Below are positions 39,261 to 51,849 of a DNA stretch of 64,000 nt, one piece after another. A program made the translations under genes and the position numbers. Position 1 is the first letter of the stretch. Each line of letters begins with the position of its first letter. The stretch spans positions 15,934,001-15,998,000 of the forward strand of contig NW_025963891.1 of the NCBI RefSeq assembly GCF_023055435.1. The letters run 5' to 3'. The notes under the pieces are model-generated. The model saw nothing but the letters and a program-made list of their open reading frames with translations, was not told the origin of the DNA and searched no databases. The DNA comes from Haliotis rufescens (lineage: Eukaryota).

Positions 39261-39793
39261 CTAAAAATATGTTTGCGACACTAGAAGGCGGAAGTAAAGA
39301 GCAATGTACATTACACAATGGAAGTAATTTCGTCTTGTTACATACCATTGACCTCATATTATTTTATGAACTGAACATTATTTGTGTAACGTTGTATCTG
39401 CTCTCATTATCCGCAGTGGGATCTCTTCAGGTTGAACATTCGGTAAGGTTTCTGAAAGAATTATTTTAAAGAAATTCTTTTTTCCTTATGTTTAAATTTT
39501 GAAAGTGATGTCCTGATTAACAGAGTTTGTGTATACTACTGACATTATGCAGACATAAACAGGGAGATATCTGAGATACATTTCAGGGAATAGGCCATAT
39601 GAGAGACATGTGTAGTAAATAGGATTCCACAAGGAATGTCAGATAGTGAAGGAGAAACGCAGATGGACAGATGCACGTTCAGAGAAAAGAGGATAAAGAT
39701 GGGATGGAAAGAACGGGAAAGAGACCTAAGGAAAGAAGAGATAATCTAACAGAAATAAACAAATATACACACAAACACATGCACAGGGACATC

Positions 39794-39951
39794 GAGTGAG
39801 TGAGTTTGGTTGTACGCCGCTTTGAGTAATATTCCAGCAATAGGCGGGGCACCAAAACTAGGCTTCACATATTGTACCCATGTCGGGAATCGAACCCGGG
39901 TCTTCGGCGTGACGAGCGAAAGCTTTAACCACTGGGCTACCCGACCGCCCC
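39794..39951 (-). mobile_element. Family A SINE
   Basis: TSD cacagggacat. Confidence 0.9.
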
Positions 39952-40182
39952 CACAGGGACATTGAGAGAGTTAGTTAGAGAAACAGAAAGATAGAGCCAT
40001 CTGATGTCTGAGAGTCGAGCCAAAGTTCACAGTCAAAGCTCTGCTCAACAAACTGAGTCCCCCTTGGCCACCATTAGACATAGCAATACATAGACATTAT
40101 CAGTCGAGTGTGTTCCCCTATCGTAAATATCATATATAACTAATACAAATTATATAATATAATTTTTCTTTCTGGTATATGA

Positions 40183-40459
40183 GGGGGCACGGGTGGCCTA
40201 GTCGTCTAAGGCAGCGCGATTCGCTGTGCAGAGTCGCGTCCCTTGGGCACGCCAGAAACCTATGATTGTGGGTTCAAATCCCGGTTCGCCCCGATTATGT
40301 TTCTAGATTTGTCAGCACCATACCCGTGCTCGTGGGTTTCACCGAAGTGGTAAACGTCTCATACCTGAATCACTTCGGTCTTTCCTCCCACATTAAGCTG
40401 ACACGCTGCGATATATTTGGAATACTGTTAAAAGTGGCGTTAAACCCAACTCACTCAAC
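40183..40459 (+). mobile_element. Family C SINE, full length
   Basis: A box gtggcctagtcgtctaaggc, B box ggttcaaatccc, gtgggtttc...tttcctcccac core, TSD tctg(g/a)tatat. Confidence 0.92.
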
Positions 40460-40590
40460 TCTGATATATATTTACGATACGGAAACACACGGCGGTAATA
40501 ATCTCATACAATGTCAATCTTAATATAATGGAGGTTTAAGACGTAATTTTACTCAATGAAGAGGCTACAGAATACTGTATGAATATAATT

Positions 40591-40613
40591 TGAGAGAGAG
40601 AGAGAGACAGAGA

Positions 40614-40647
<34 letters not shown>
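40591..40647. repeat. (GA)n microsatellite
   Basis: Direct observation. Confidence 0.95.
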
Positions 40648-40989
40648 TTTGTGCACTCATGTCCAAATAGGAATGGTATATTGTAGGTAGAAAGTGATGA
40701 CATCACAAGGCATTAATTTGGTCTCAATAACGTATGCCTGACACTAATTACTTCGTGTGAAACATACATCACCTCATGTCAAAAGCGACAGGATTGAATG
40801 TACCTACGGTTTCAACATAACAATATGTTAAAACACTTTTTGATCGTTAGATCTCCACTTGACTACAAACATGTCCGTATCCCTTGCGGGTCAATTCATT
40901 CGCTGTGGTTTTAAAATCATGTGGCGCGTGCCGTGCTGCACAACATCAGCAAACTGAAGCCCAAGCACAAACACGTATTTTAAACAAAA

Positions 40990-41330
40990 GATGGAAGTCA
41001 TCGGAGCAGTTTTTTCTTGTTTCGTATTGACCGTTGTTTCTCAAATAGTCATCCAGGGATAGCTGTTGAAGAAACAGTACAAACACGAAGGGTCGTAATT
41101 GATTTCCGATAAAACATCAGTAGGTATCAGGACAATCTAAGGATTACTTCCTGGACACTTCGTCCACTTAGACTGCGAAACGCTGTATCACACCGGGGAA
41201 GTGTAAAATTGTCTTGTATTATTAGAGCTTGATCCTACTCAATTTTATTCAGGGTGCAATCAAGCAAAATGGCATTTGAAACAAACATCTACTTCAGCGC
41301 GAACTTAGTTCATTCAGACGTTGATCACCG
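40990..41330 (+). repeat. Segmental-duplication block E, copy 1
   Basis: gtattgaccgttgtttctcaaatagtcatcc and downstream sequence shared with 58455-58800. Confidence 0.85.
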
Positions 41331-41497
41331 TCATGTCAGTGCTTTCATTTTCTGCTGAAGGTGAATAAGTCCATACAATTATGATATAATCGCCAATTTT
41401 TATTTCATACCATTTCCGGAAATAACACCTCTTTTCACATTCTATTTCAATGCTTTTGAAAACTGTTTACCGTTGATTGCAAAATCATTGCAAGAAT

Positions 41498-41722
41498 ATA
41501 GCGACGTGGCTGCTTGTTCTAGTCCGGACTAAAGTCCATTTTTATAAGGCTAGCCCACTTCATGCAGCACTCCGAAACGACTTGAGTTATCCTGTTAATG
41601 CCGAACTCTAGGCAGGGTAACAACAAATGCCATATGTTAACAACTGTTGGTATGACGCGGCTGGGGATCAAACCGCCAACCTTTCTCTCTCCCGCGGGCA
41701 GTCGCTCCAACGCACCAGACCA
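41498..41722 (-). mobile_element. Degenerate family B SINE
   Basis: cagggtaacaacaa, ggtatgacgcgg motifs. Confidence 0.75.
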
Positions 41723-41840
41723 GCGAAACGGGGAGTTTTCATTATCCTGCATTCCTGTTGTGTCCACATGTCAGCATAACTGTCGACATAATTGTAAGTG
41801 AAACTGTTGTTACGAGGTGATTTCCAAACTAAACGTGAAG

Positions 41841-42379
41841 TGTAACGAATGTTATATTTGGGATAACACTTTCTGAGTGAAGTACAGATTTGCGTACCTT
41901 TCTGGGTTGAGTCCTGTCTGGGATTCGAACCCACACTGCCAGAATGAGGCACCTAATCGCCAGCACACAAAGTCAGCGATATAACCCACTCAGCCACCGA
42001 GGCTTCCACAAAAATGAAAGTCCGACGACTGGTAGTCTAGATCACATACTTTGTATACCCCTCTGACAAGTGTAAATTGGCACGGCTCCCATGGCCGAAA
42101 GCTATAAACACGCAGTGCCATTTAGAAAGTGGTCAAATGTAACAAATGTTCTATTTGGGATAACACTTTCTCAGTAAAGTATAGATACTTTATAAGGTTG
42201 AGTCCCGTCCGGTGTCAGATCGCTGACTTAGTGTGCTGGCGATTAGGTGACTCACTCTGGCAGTGTTGGTTCGAATACCGGACGTGACTCAACCCAAAAA
42301 CAAAAAAAGTACTAGAATCTGTACTTTACTCAGAAAGTGTTATCCCAAATATAACATTTGTTACATTTGGCCACTTTTT
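41841..42379. mobile_element. tRNA-headed, hammerhead-like-bearing 297-bp repeat: partial tandem plus inverted segment
   Basis: tgtaac.aatgtt.tatttgggataacac at 41841 and 42138; inverted copy 42218-42379; CTGACAA at 42063 and GAAA at 42097. Confidence 0.8.
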
Positions 42380-43019
42380 GTATGTTCTGAATTGTGTATT
42401 TAAAACGTGGTCAACCCAGAAATCGTGAAATCAGTGAACAGCCACACAAGATCAATGAATAAATGACAACCAATATTGAAACACAAAGGTTTAGGTTCAC
42501 CCACGATGCAATACAATGGGTCACATACATGTGTCAGCAGCAATAAATAACAGATCCTATAACAAATCTCAGTGCACTCACGAATGTCTAGAATAAAATC
42601 ACTGTTGCATGCATTGAAATAGGTACATTAATCCGGAAGCTGGCGGTTAGTGGGTGTTGTCAGTTCGGTATCCCGTCAGCACTCGGCAAGTCGGGTCGTA
42701 AAAGCCATCTCGCTCTTACATATAGGCACAGACAGCCTTCTAGAAACGGTCACCTTTTGAAACTGCTTGAGCGAGCGAACTGAAGGGAGGTAACTCTCAA
42801 CTGCCGTTGGAATGCCACTAAAAGGAAAACAACTAGCCACATGTTATGAGTGTTTCATTGCCTCCACCAACAATCATAAAAAACAACGTTTAATATCTTC
42901 TGCTACAAAAGAATGTTTACGGCATAATGCTAACAGACTGATCTACAGCTAGTCAAATGATATGTGGTTATATTGTTTAAAAGAAACACACACGGTTGAA
43001 TATGTGAATGTTGTTGATC

Positions 43020-43205
43020 ACCGCAGTCAGAAATATGTTGCTATTTTCACGGCGACCAAAAATTATCAAATTTGGACAAGGTAAGCCATTGAGAGAAAAC
43101 ACGACAAATTATCCACGCGATTACTCAAGTTAAAACCAAATTACTCATCTTTATGACAATCAGTGGGGTTGTGGGAACCTATTACAAGCCAGGTCCAAAC
43201 GGGGT
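43020..43205 (-). mobile_element. Old, degenerate family D copy
   Basis: Remnant tttggacaag...ttatgacaa...gggttg...acgggg colinear with family D. Confidence 0.45.
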
Positions 43206-44318
43206 AAAAGTATTATATGTGTAATATGTACGAATGAAGAGCCAAAATACACAAATTGCCTGAACATCCATTATTTGGGGAAAGAAGAGGAAACGGTTTT
43301 GTATGATAATGTACTTCATGCAGTAACATGCAGCCTGATGCGTACGTCCAGATTTTTAACAGGATATCTGGAGGTATTTCAACGAAGGAGTTGCGATAAG
43401 AACTCATTAATGGGTTATAATGTAGGTAGGCAGCAAAAACAGAGATTTGTTTGCAACAGAACTGAACATTTTACTTACATGTACATTCGATACCCACAGT
43501 ATGGTAACAGTGACAATTATGTGCATGTATCTGAAAGTTGATGGTTGATATCACTTTAGGAAATTTAAATGTTATCATGGGCCACTATTTTAACATAAGT
43601 ATATGATGGACAATAAATAACCTATAGCTCAAAACAAAACTTGCAAGTGTTTCTGTCGACAGCTGGATAAACAACGCCATTGGAACAATTTAAAAACACA
43701 AACTCTGCAGTGTAACGAAACAGTGTTGTTGTTCAAATTTGTAATGTGTCAAATTTAGACAAAGATACAGCACAAGAGCTCATTTGCAGTTTGTATGCTG
43801 GCAAACCGGCTTACCATCCAATAGCATCCAAATGTTTCTGTTCGAGGCAAAGGAAACAACGTTAATCTTTTATGATAAAGGGGCGAGATCTGATGGCATA
43901 CAACGTATGCCCCGAGAGAGGGTAGCAACAAATCAAATTTTCAAATACACAATTTTACATATTTTAGCTTCGCGATTTGACTGTGATGACTGTCGTCCAT
44001 CAAGACCACTCCGATTCCCACGATCGCCAGCACAGATTAGATGACACAAATGTGAAGGATGCAGCAGAAAATGTCTATTTTTGCAACAGAGGTCTTGAGG
44101 TTGTACAGACTGATCAATATCTTTCCGGTGTCTAAGGCTCTTCTGTTCTTATTGGGTGACATTCTGGAGACCAATTAATGTGGACCAATGAATTCAGTTT
44201 TCAGATCTACACAAAGCATTTTTAATGTGCCATTTCCCCGCAATGATATTGTGCCGTGGGAGAAGTTATCTAAACCTATTTTAAAGGCCGATGAAAGAGG
44301 TAAGATTGAAGGTACATA

Positions 44319-45710
44319 CACTCTTCAAAAAAAAGAAAAGAGACGCACAGGTAGTATGCAGTTCATTGAACCTGACTACACGAAAAGTCCGGTATATAAG
44401 TTGGATATATGTTATTGGAAAATTTTGATGGCCTGATATTCGTCAAAACGCAGCCATTGTCGATGTCTCAAACGGCGTTGTTTTCACACTTGTCCAAAAA
44501 TGTCATGGAGGATAACAAAAAAGCACAATGCACGTGCACGTTATGGCATTCGTAAGTCGTGGTAGTGGCTATAAAAAGGCAAGCATAAGCCAATTATTTG
44601 TCATTCAATTGTCAACATTTTCAAGTTAAAAAATGCCGAGACTCAGCGCTGCCGATCGGAACATCGCCATTGGACGTCTCCAAAGAGGGGAATCGCAGTC
44701 TTCTGTTGCACGCCACTTCAACGTCCACAGTTCAATTCCACTGCAGACCGTCTGAGAATCGGCTGACCAAGAGTTACCACTCCTGCACTGGATCGCTACA
44801 TTCGACTGTTCCACTTACGTCATAGCAATGCCACAGCTACGGAGAGGAGGCTGAGGAGGATATCGGACCAGACTGTCAGGTACCATTTTCGCGAGGCTCG
44901 CGACCCAGAAGACCAGTTATCGTCACTGTTTTGCAAAAGATCCATCGACAGCGACGCTTGCGTTGGTGCCATACCTTACAGCCTTGGCATTTGAGAAACT
45001 GGAGACGAGGGTGGTTTAGCGTTGAATCACGATTTCTTCTTCACCGGTTAGATGGAAGACAACGTGTTTATCGTCGTCGAAATGAGCGTTTTGCCACACA
45101 CTGTGTACGTCAATTCGACAATTTCGGTGGCGGTAATGTCATGGTGTGGGGGCCATATCCTTCACAACGCGATTGGACTTGATTGTGGTTTAGAGAAATT
45201 TGACAGCAAATCGCTACTTGAATCAAATTCTTCAACCTCACCTTCTTCCAATCATTGACCGCCAGAGGGAGCTGTTTCAACAGGACAACGCTCCACCGCA
45301 CACAGCTCGTGTCACGGTAGACTACCATAATGCCAATCTTCAGATCTCAACCCAAACGAACATCTCTGGGATGAACTCGATCAACGTGTACGTCAACGTC
45401 AGAACACGCCACATACAGTCCCACAACTGTCCAGCGCGTTACCAGCAGAATGGCGCAGATTTCCGCAGGAGATGCAGAGCCGTGATTGCTGCAAGGGCGG
45501 TCACACGAGATACTGAGTTCAGCGCAACCTTGTAGCCTTATGTGACAAGACAATGAACAGTTTTCATTGCCTTTGGACAACGACAATATGTGACTATAGA
45601 GCTCCTAAATTTCATATTTGTATCTATGATATTGAATTAAATATAGCGACTTTATAAGGTACAATAAATTTACTAAAAGTCTAGCTGTGCGTTTCTTATT
45701 TTGAAGAGTG
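44319..45710 (+). mobile_element. Tc1-like transposon, both ends present, transposase decayed
   Basis: TIRs cactcttcaaaa..acgcac and gtgcgtttcttattttgaagagtg with TA TSDs; transposase ~44633-45515 (MPRLSAADRNIAIGRLQ, WFS.ESRF, GGG.VMVWG, FQQDNAPPH); splits duplication block C-B. Confidence 0.93.
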
Positions 45711-46577
45711 TAATGCCATATCTTTCCAAGAAAAAAAACAAGGGAATCTTAATGAAGAAAAAGATCAATCAACTTCAAAGTCTAACAAATATATGATCAT
45801 GAAACACACATATATCTACAACAGTTGATCACATGCACAAGTAAGGTGAGCTCCCTTCAACTGATTACAGCACTGAGTCAAAAGTGATTCGTCACTCTTT
45901 TGTCTCGAAAATGTGTTTTGTTGGAACCATTTGTAGCAATAATGAGTTCCTTTCATACCAATGTATCAGGGTGTGAGGGGAACCATGAGTGAGTGAGCTA
46001 TCACTCATCAGGCGAGGGACTTTATGTTCTAAGTGGGTCTAGAAGACGGCAGCAAAGAGTAGTGTTCACTGGAAGTAATATATCTCCTTGTTACAAATCA
46101 ATTCCCACACACGATTGCACGAACGTGGCCTTTCTTGAGTATTTTGGTGTCAGCTCTCATATGAATGTAAACAGTAGAGTCTGTTCGCCGGGACTACCAG
46201 TAAGAATCCGTAGGAATGAAACGCTTTAGACCTGTTCTATTTCAGAAAACGATAACCGGATTAAAACATTACATAGTGAAGAAAAGTTATGTAATGGTGT
46301 TGCCATTTCACAGATAGAAACCGGGAAATATAATTAACAACTGAACTTCATGGAGTAAGGGCCAAACTGCATGAACGTCAGAGCGTGCAAGGAAAAAGTT
46401 ACCATGAGTTTTACACCACAAGCAGGTACCTCGTGGGACGTTTCTTCGATAGGTGTGATGTAGTGATTGTGTACACAGTCGAATAACTACCACCCAAATC
46501 GCAGACAAAAACAGATTCGCAAAACAAACTCAAGTCCCTCAGTCACAGTGATAGTGTGACTTTAAGTACATGGAATA

Positions 46578-46720
46578 GGGGCGGTCGGTAACCTGGTGGT
46601 TAAAGCGTTCGCTCGTCACGCCGAAGACGTGGTTCGATTCACAACATGGGCACAATGTGTGCAGCCAATTTCTGGTGTCCCCCGCCGTGATATTGCTAAA
46701 AGCGGCGTAAAACCAAATTC
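46578..46720 (+). mobile_element. Family A SINE
   Basis: Head, core and tail. Confidence 0.88.
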
Positions 46721-47353
46721 ATCTGCCCATTCAATAGAGCTGACACGTTCAACGCTATCGCAGAACGTGTTGTAACTGAACGTGTGACGATTAGGTGTTT
46801 GTCATCATTGCTGAACTTTTCGGCCATTTAAAAGTGATTATAAGTATGCATGAAAAAGGTTCTAAGGTAAATCTATAGATAACTTGCAGAGTGCATAAAG
46901 TGTTCGTTTATTATCGTTTTTCTTCTGTTCACTTGGTTCGGGCAAAGCGGGGATATTCTTAAATCACGACCGAGCGAAAGAAACTCTTTGACGTTTTTTC
47001 ATTGTAAATATAATTGTAAACATATTTGTTCAAGATAAGCGTGATCAGGTAATCAAATAAAAGCGTCAAAACCCATTCCATCTTAAAAAAAGAGTAATAT
47101 TTGTGAATCACTATCAAATAGTAATGACACCAGGTGGTCGGGAAACGGTACAAGTATCCTTCCCCATCGCTGACACCTGCAACAAACACGCACAAAGGAG
47201 AGTCAAATGATTAAACACGGGAACATGTGGTCCAAGTCAAAATAGGGAGTCGTAACTGACTCCACTATTAAAGCTGTTGAGATGAATTGAAAGACATATC
47301 AGATAACGTCTTTAAACCAGATAATGAACCACAGAAACAGTCTCTTGTGCCTG

Positions 47354-47596
47354 GACCCGTGGGGACTGGTAAGGGTCTCCAGTAACCCTTGTTTGTCATA
47401 AGACGAGACGAAATGGATAGGATGGACAGACTTGGTAATTTGGTTGATTTCAAACCATCGTACCCAATTACATCGATCGATTTTCGTGATGTTAATCACT
47501 GGATTTGTCTGGTCCAGACCCGATTACATAGAGTTCGCCGTCATGTCAAACTGCGTGAAAATTGTTGAGTGTGGCTTCATACAAGAAACAAACAAA
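47354..47596 (+). mobile_element. Diverged family D element
   Basis: Starts gacccgtg; atcactggatttgtctggtccagac core. Confidence 0.7.
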
Positions 47597-48289
47597 TATG
47601 CATCTGTACCTAAATAATGATGGAGTTCACCGAAACTACTTCCCCAGCAAAATACACATAGCGATTATTAGACGAGCATGTATGTCATACGAAACGAGAG
47701 TCAGAATTCTTGTATTTCCGAGGGTAATACTTGAATTTTTACACGAATTTATTATAATGCATAGTAAATTGAAAATAAAAGCGACTAGACATTTCCCATG
47801 ATCATAGGAAATATCTGCAAAGATCAGTGTCCATTGTACGATTCTACCAATATCTTAAGCATGTAGGATCATGTACCCGAAGGGCAGGACATGCTTACCC
47901 GTTTCGCGAACACCCGTTATCATCACCTATTTCCAATGATCCATTCAAGTATTTTTCACCGCTAGTTTGCCTTTCATACTCGATTGAATCTGTTTCGATG
48001 GGTGATCTGACTGGATAATGTGATACTTGTTATTCTCTGGCGTTGATGTTTAACATTTTGTGAATCATTTTTTAATAGTAGTAATATCAGGTGTACGCAA
48101 AAAGGTGAGCGGGTCAGTTCAGTCAATGCAAATGTCATCATGGCGATTTTCCACCACTTTAACGTAAATTTATGTTGGGATAAACAAAACTTGAATCAAA
48201 CGAAATGATTTCTGCCAATAACGAGATAGAACCGTCAAGGGTGGAATAATTTTGATAATTGATTTATAATTTAACACCATAGTTATTTC

Positions 48290-48830
48290 TGTTTACGAAA
48301 AGGTAAGCGTACAAGGGAGCATATGATACAAACCAAAATAGGTAATGGCATCGGACACCAATTTGGATATTTTGAAAGCCTCCCTAATGCCCTGAATGTT
48401 ATAACCCTGATCAAACAACTTTTCGGCAAGAGGCGTGCGACGTTCTTTAACTTCTGTGTAGAAAGAACTCGCTCAAGTTCAGACTGAGCTGTCTGAAATA
48501 TTGCTCTATATAAAGGTCAAATTCACTGTTGGAAAGTGAAATCATTCCTCTTGTCATACAATCTTCGGGAGAGGTTTTGGTCACGCTGAATCTCTGATAT
48601 TTCTAGTTAGGGTGGGTAGATCATTGGAAAGGAATTGAGTATTTGACCAATGTTGAATGATATCATCGATACACCTGAAACCAAAGGTAAACGTTTTGGC
48701 CCAAGTCCCTTGTTTTACCTTAGCCAGTCTGAGCTGAAACTCCGATTCATAGATATATGCATAAAGCAACTGATAAACAAGGATGGAAGCACAATTGGTG
48801 CCTATGCGGATGCCTACTTCCTGCCAGAAC
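48290..48830 (-). mobile_element. Penelope-like (Naiad/Chlamys-type) reverse transcriptase relic
   Basis: Minus-strand GIRIGTNCA (cf. GIPMGTNCA), LYAYIYESEF, FGFRCIDD (cf. FRYIDD), LYDKRNDF, KLFDQGY; followed by a cgcttaccttttcg 3' motif. Confidence 0.85.
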
Positions 48831-49054
48831 CTCCTGTTTTTCTAAGTCCCGGCGAACACACATCGACTTCTATTCGTTCAGTGTGACGTTTTGGTGTAGT
48901 TACTTTATCCTTCGTCACACAATGTAAAAATGAGATATATGTATCAATCCCTGTTAAATGATAATCAGTATCAACATTAGTAGTGTCAACATTACGAAAA
49001 CACAACCCATACAAACGTTGCAATAAACTATTATAATGTGATAAAAAATATTTG

Positions 49055-49203
49055 TCTGATTTGGGAGGAAAGTGATACAGGTCTCAGGAGGTTTACCAAT
49101 TTGGTGAAACCCACGATCACGGAAATAGTGCTGTAAAAATAATCAGGGCCAACCGGGATTCGACAGGTTCATGACAAGCCTAAGCGACGCAACTCTGCAC
49201 AGA
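49055..49203 (-). mobile_element. Partial family C SINE
   Basis: gggaggaaag...ggtgaaacccacg...gacgcaactctgcacag. Confidence 0.75.
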
Positions 49204-49799
49204 TGGATAATATGTTATAAAACATTTTGGAAAAGAAATGACATGGGCTGATGCTTAGTTTTGTGTAGAAGGGTAGGTGTGTTGTCACGCCACAAAGACG
49301 TCATGCTGATTTTCTAAAGAGGTTAACCTTTTTTCTAAAACTGAAAAACCCCATTCCACCTCCTGTTTAGGTCTTTGGTTCAAAGTCCACCATATGACAT
49401 TTGATAAAAAAGTTCGTTCGAGGGACATTTCCAAATTTGACACATCAGTGACAAAACATTCGTTAGTTTCACTTATACCATATGTTTATTTGTGCCGTGT
49501 TTATGTCAGATGGACAACTCACTTTCCTATACGCTCCCTTTATCACGAACACAACAATAATCAAATTTGAAAGTGATTCCTAAACACATGCTTATACTCA
49601 ATTGTTGAATGGAAACAATAGAACCATACTATAAGTATTGCAGTAGTGACTGTAGTATATTGACAGTTCCATTATATAAACTGATATCTGTATAATTATA
49701 TACTAGTTTTCAGATAAAACAAACATCACCGAAAACACACGGGATCGCGAAATAAGCTTAAATGAAATTTGCTTACAGTATGGACCAAAAGATTATTCG

Positions 49800-51000
49800 T
49801 GACAGCAAATGTGCCACTTAAGCAATTAGGTTGCTGTCGGAGGAGGCTATAGTCTTAGTGCTGCAGATTACTTGGAGGATAGCCTCTGCCCCCATATTCA
49901 GGAAGACTGCTAGGAGACTGTCCACTGCAGACAACATTAACATGCGGTCTCGAGGGTCCCGCTAGTGTCCAAAAACTGGACATTCAGATATTATCTTGAC
50001 GTCTAATTGTGACTGTCTTCGAAAGGTACGACACCAGAAGAGAGCCATACAGGACATTTTACGGTATGCAGTTTGAGGGTTGATGGTCTTTAGCATTATT
50101 TTCGTCGTTAAGTCTGATACAAATGCAACCCCACTCATCATATGCCCTCGGATTTGAGAAGAGTGGTTGTGGTGGTTGGCTGTGTGACAAATACCTTATT
50201 CAAAGGGCATACATTGTCACGGTCCTCAGGTTCAGCAGCTCAGTGTGGACATCTATTTATACTGTCTTCGTAATGAACTACACCAGAAGAGAGCAAGAAG
50301 ACAGCCATTTTGCACTGTCCAGTTGGCGGATTGATGGGTTTTCATTGGAAATGGCTTATGATTATGGAATGGTCTTTGTTTAAATAGTATCCTCCTCGTT
50401 GAGTCTGATATAGGCATAGCTTGCCTCATTAAGTCTTCTCCACGTGGGGTAGACGAAGGTAAAGGTATTTATTGGACATCCAGCATCATTGTCCAATATA
50501 AGCTTCATTGCATACAATACACATTAAGAAACGGTATCATATGTAGAGGACACTTTCAACTGTCGGATTGAGAAGATGTTTCAGGTATCTTAGGATCTGA
50601 TTTTCAAGAAATTTGTTAAGGTAAACCAATTACAGATTACTTGTAGTCACATAAAAATCGGATGTCTTTTACCTTATTTGAGTTGTATACAGAACACAAG
50701 ATTATTTTCATATGCCTTGACAGAACTATAGTTATATGAAAATAATCAGGTTTTTCTTTAACGTCTATTGAGTAGTATACTTGCGTGAGATTGATCAAAG
50801 TTTGTTATCGAATAGTAAAGATAGTGAGAAGGAAACATCTATTTTGGTTATCGTCCTACTGTCCCCCTGTGTAAATCCTCTTCCAATATGATGTAAGGTA
50901 TAATAATAACGTTATTCTTTACATGCAGTGAGATACCATGGTGACAACTGTGTGGGAGTGCAAGCTGATTATGAACCGTCTGAGGAGGTATTTATGTGAT
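49800..51000 (+). repeat. Segmental-duplication block A, copy 3 (with internal re-duplication)
   Basis: Colinear with 36470-37290. Confidence 0.8.
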
Positions 51001-51849
51001 AACAATCATTTAATGTTTCTTAACAGGGCAGTTCAAGGAACCTTTCGATTATTGCATTAATGTTTAAGATGTTTATAGGCATAACAAGAAAAACCCATTT
51101 GCATCTTCGCTGAAAAGGAGCGCAAACAAAACTGAGTGATTTGCTTTTAAAGTTTGGACTCGTGGATATATATATATTTAATACCATATAATTTCTGTAT
51201 TTTAGTTTGCAACAATCAACTGTCAACGAAATATTTCCAAGAATAGACAAAAGTATCAAAAGAGATTAGTTTCTGCTTCCAAAGAATGCATTTCTTCCAC
51301 GCAACAGCTGGTTGCGTAATGTTCAAAGGTGTTTAAATGATATGAACAATTCGTTTTTAGGCTGATGTAATTCAACTTCTTTATGGTGGGAAGATATGAT
51401 TGAGATCATATCACTTCAATCCGAGTACAATTTGGTCAAAGGACCTTCACTCTATACTGTTTCACGAATGTTCATTACAATCTACGAGTAATGTCGTATG
51501 TCGCTTAGGATGATTTTATGAATAGAAGATAATGTAAACAGCTCTGAACTAGACCTTGATACAAGACCCAAAATGAACTGAACAAGCATGAAATACTCAT
51601 ATCCCCCGCCAATATGACATGTCCGGTTGTGTGCATGGCATTTGCTCCTGTGAACTATGTTCACTCGACCTTTTTTTAAAATGGCCTCATTGCAAGCACT
51701 AAAACAGTTATTACTGGTGTTATTTTGCCATCTGTAGTTTATGACAGAATACGTAACTGTATTTGTAATGAGTTGTTTTAATACTTAAACAATAATCAGA
51801 GAAGTAAGAGAGTCCTTACTTTACTGTTCTCTAACAGTGTGTGTCCAGT

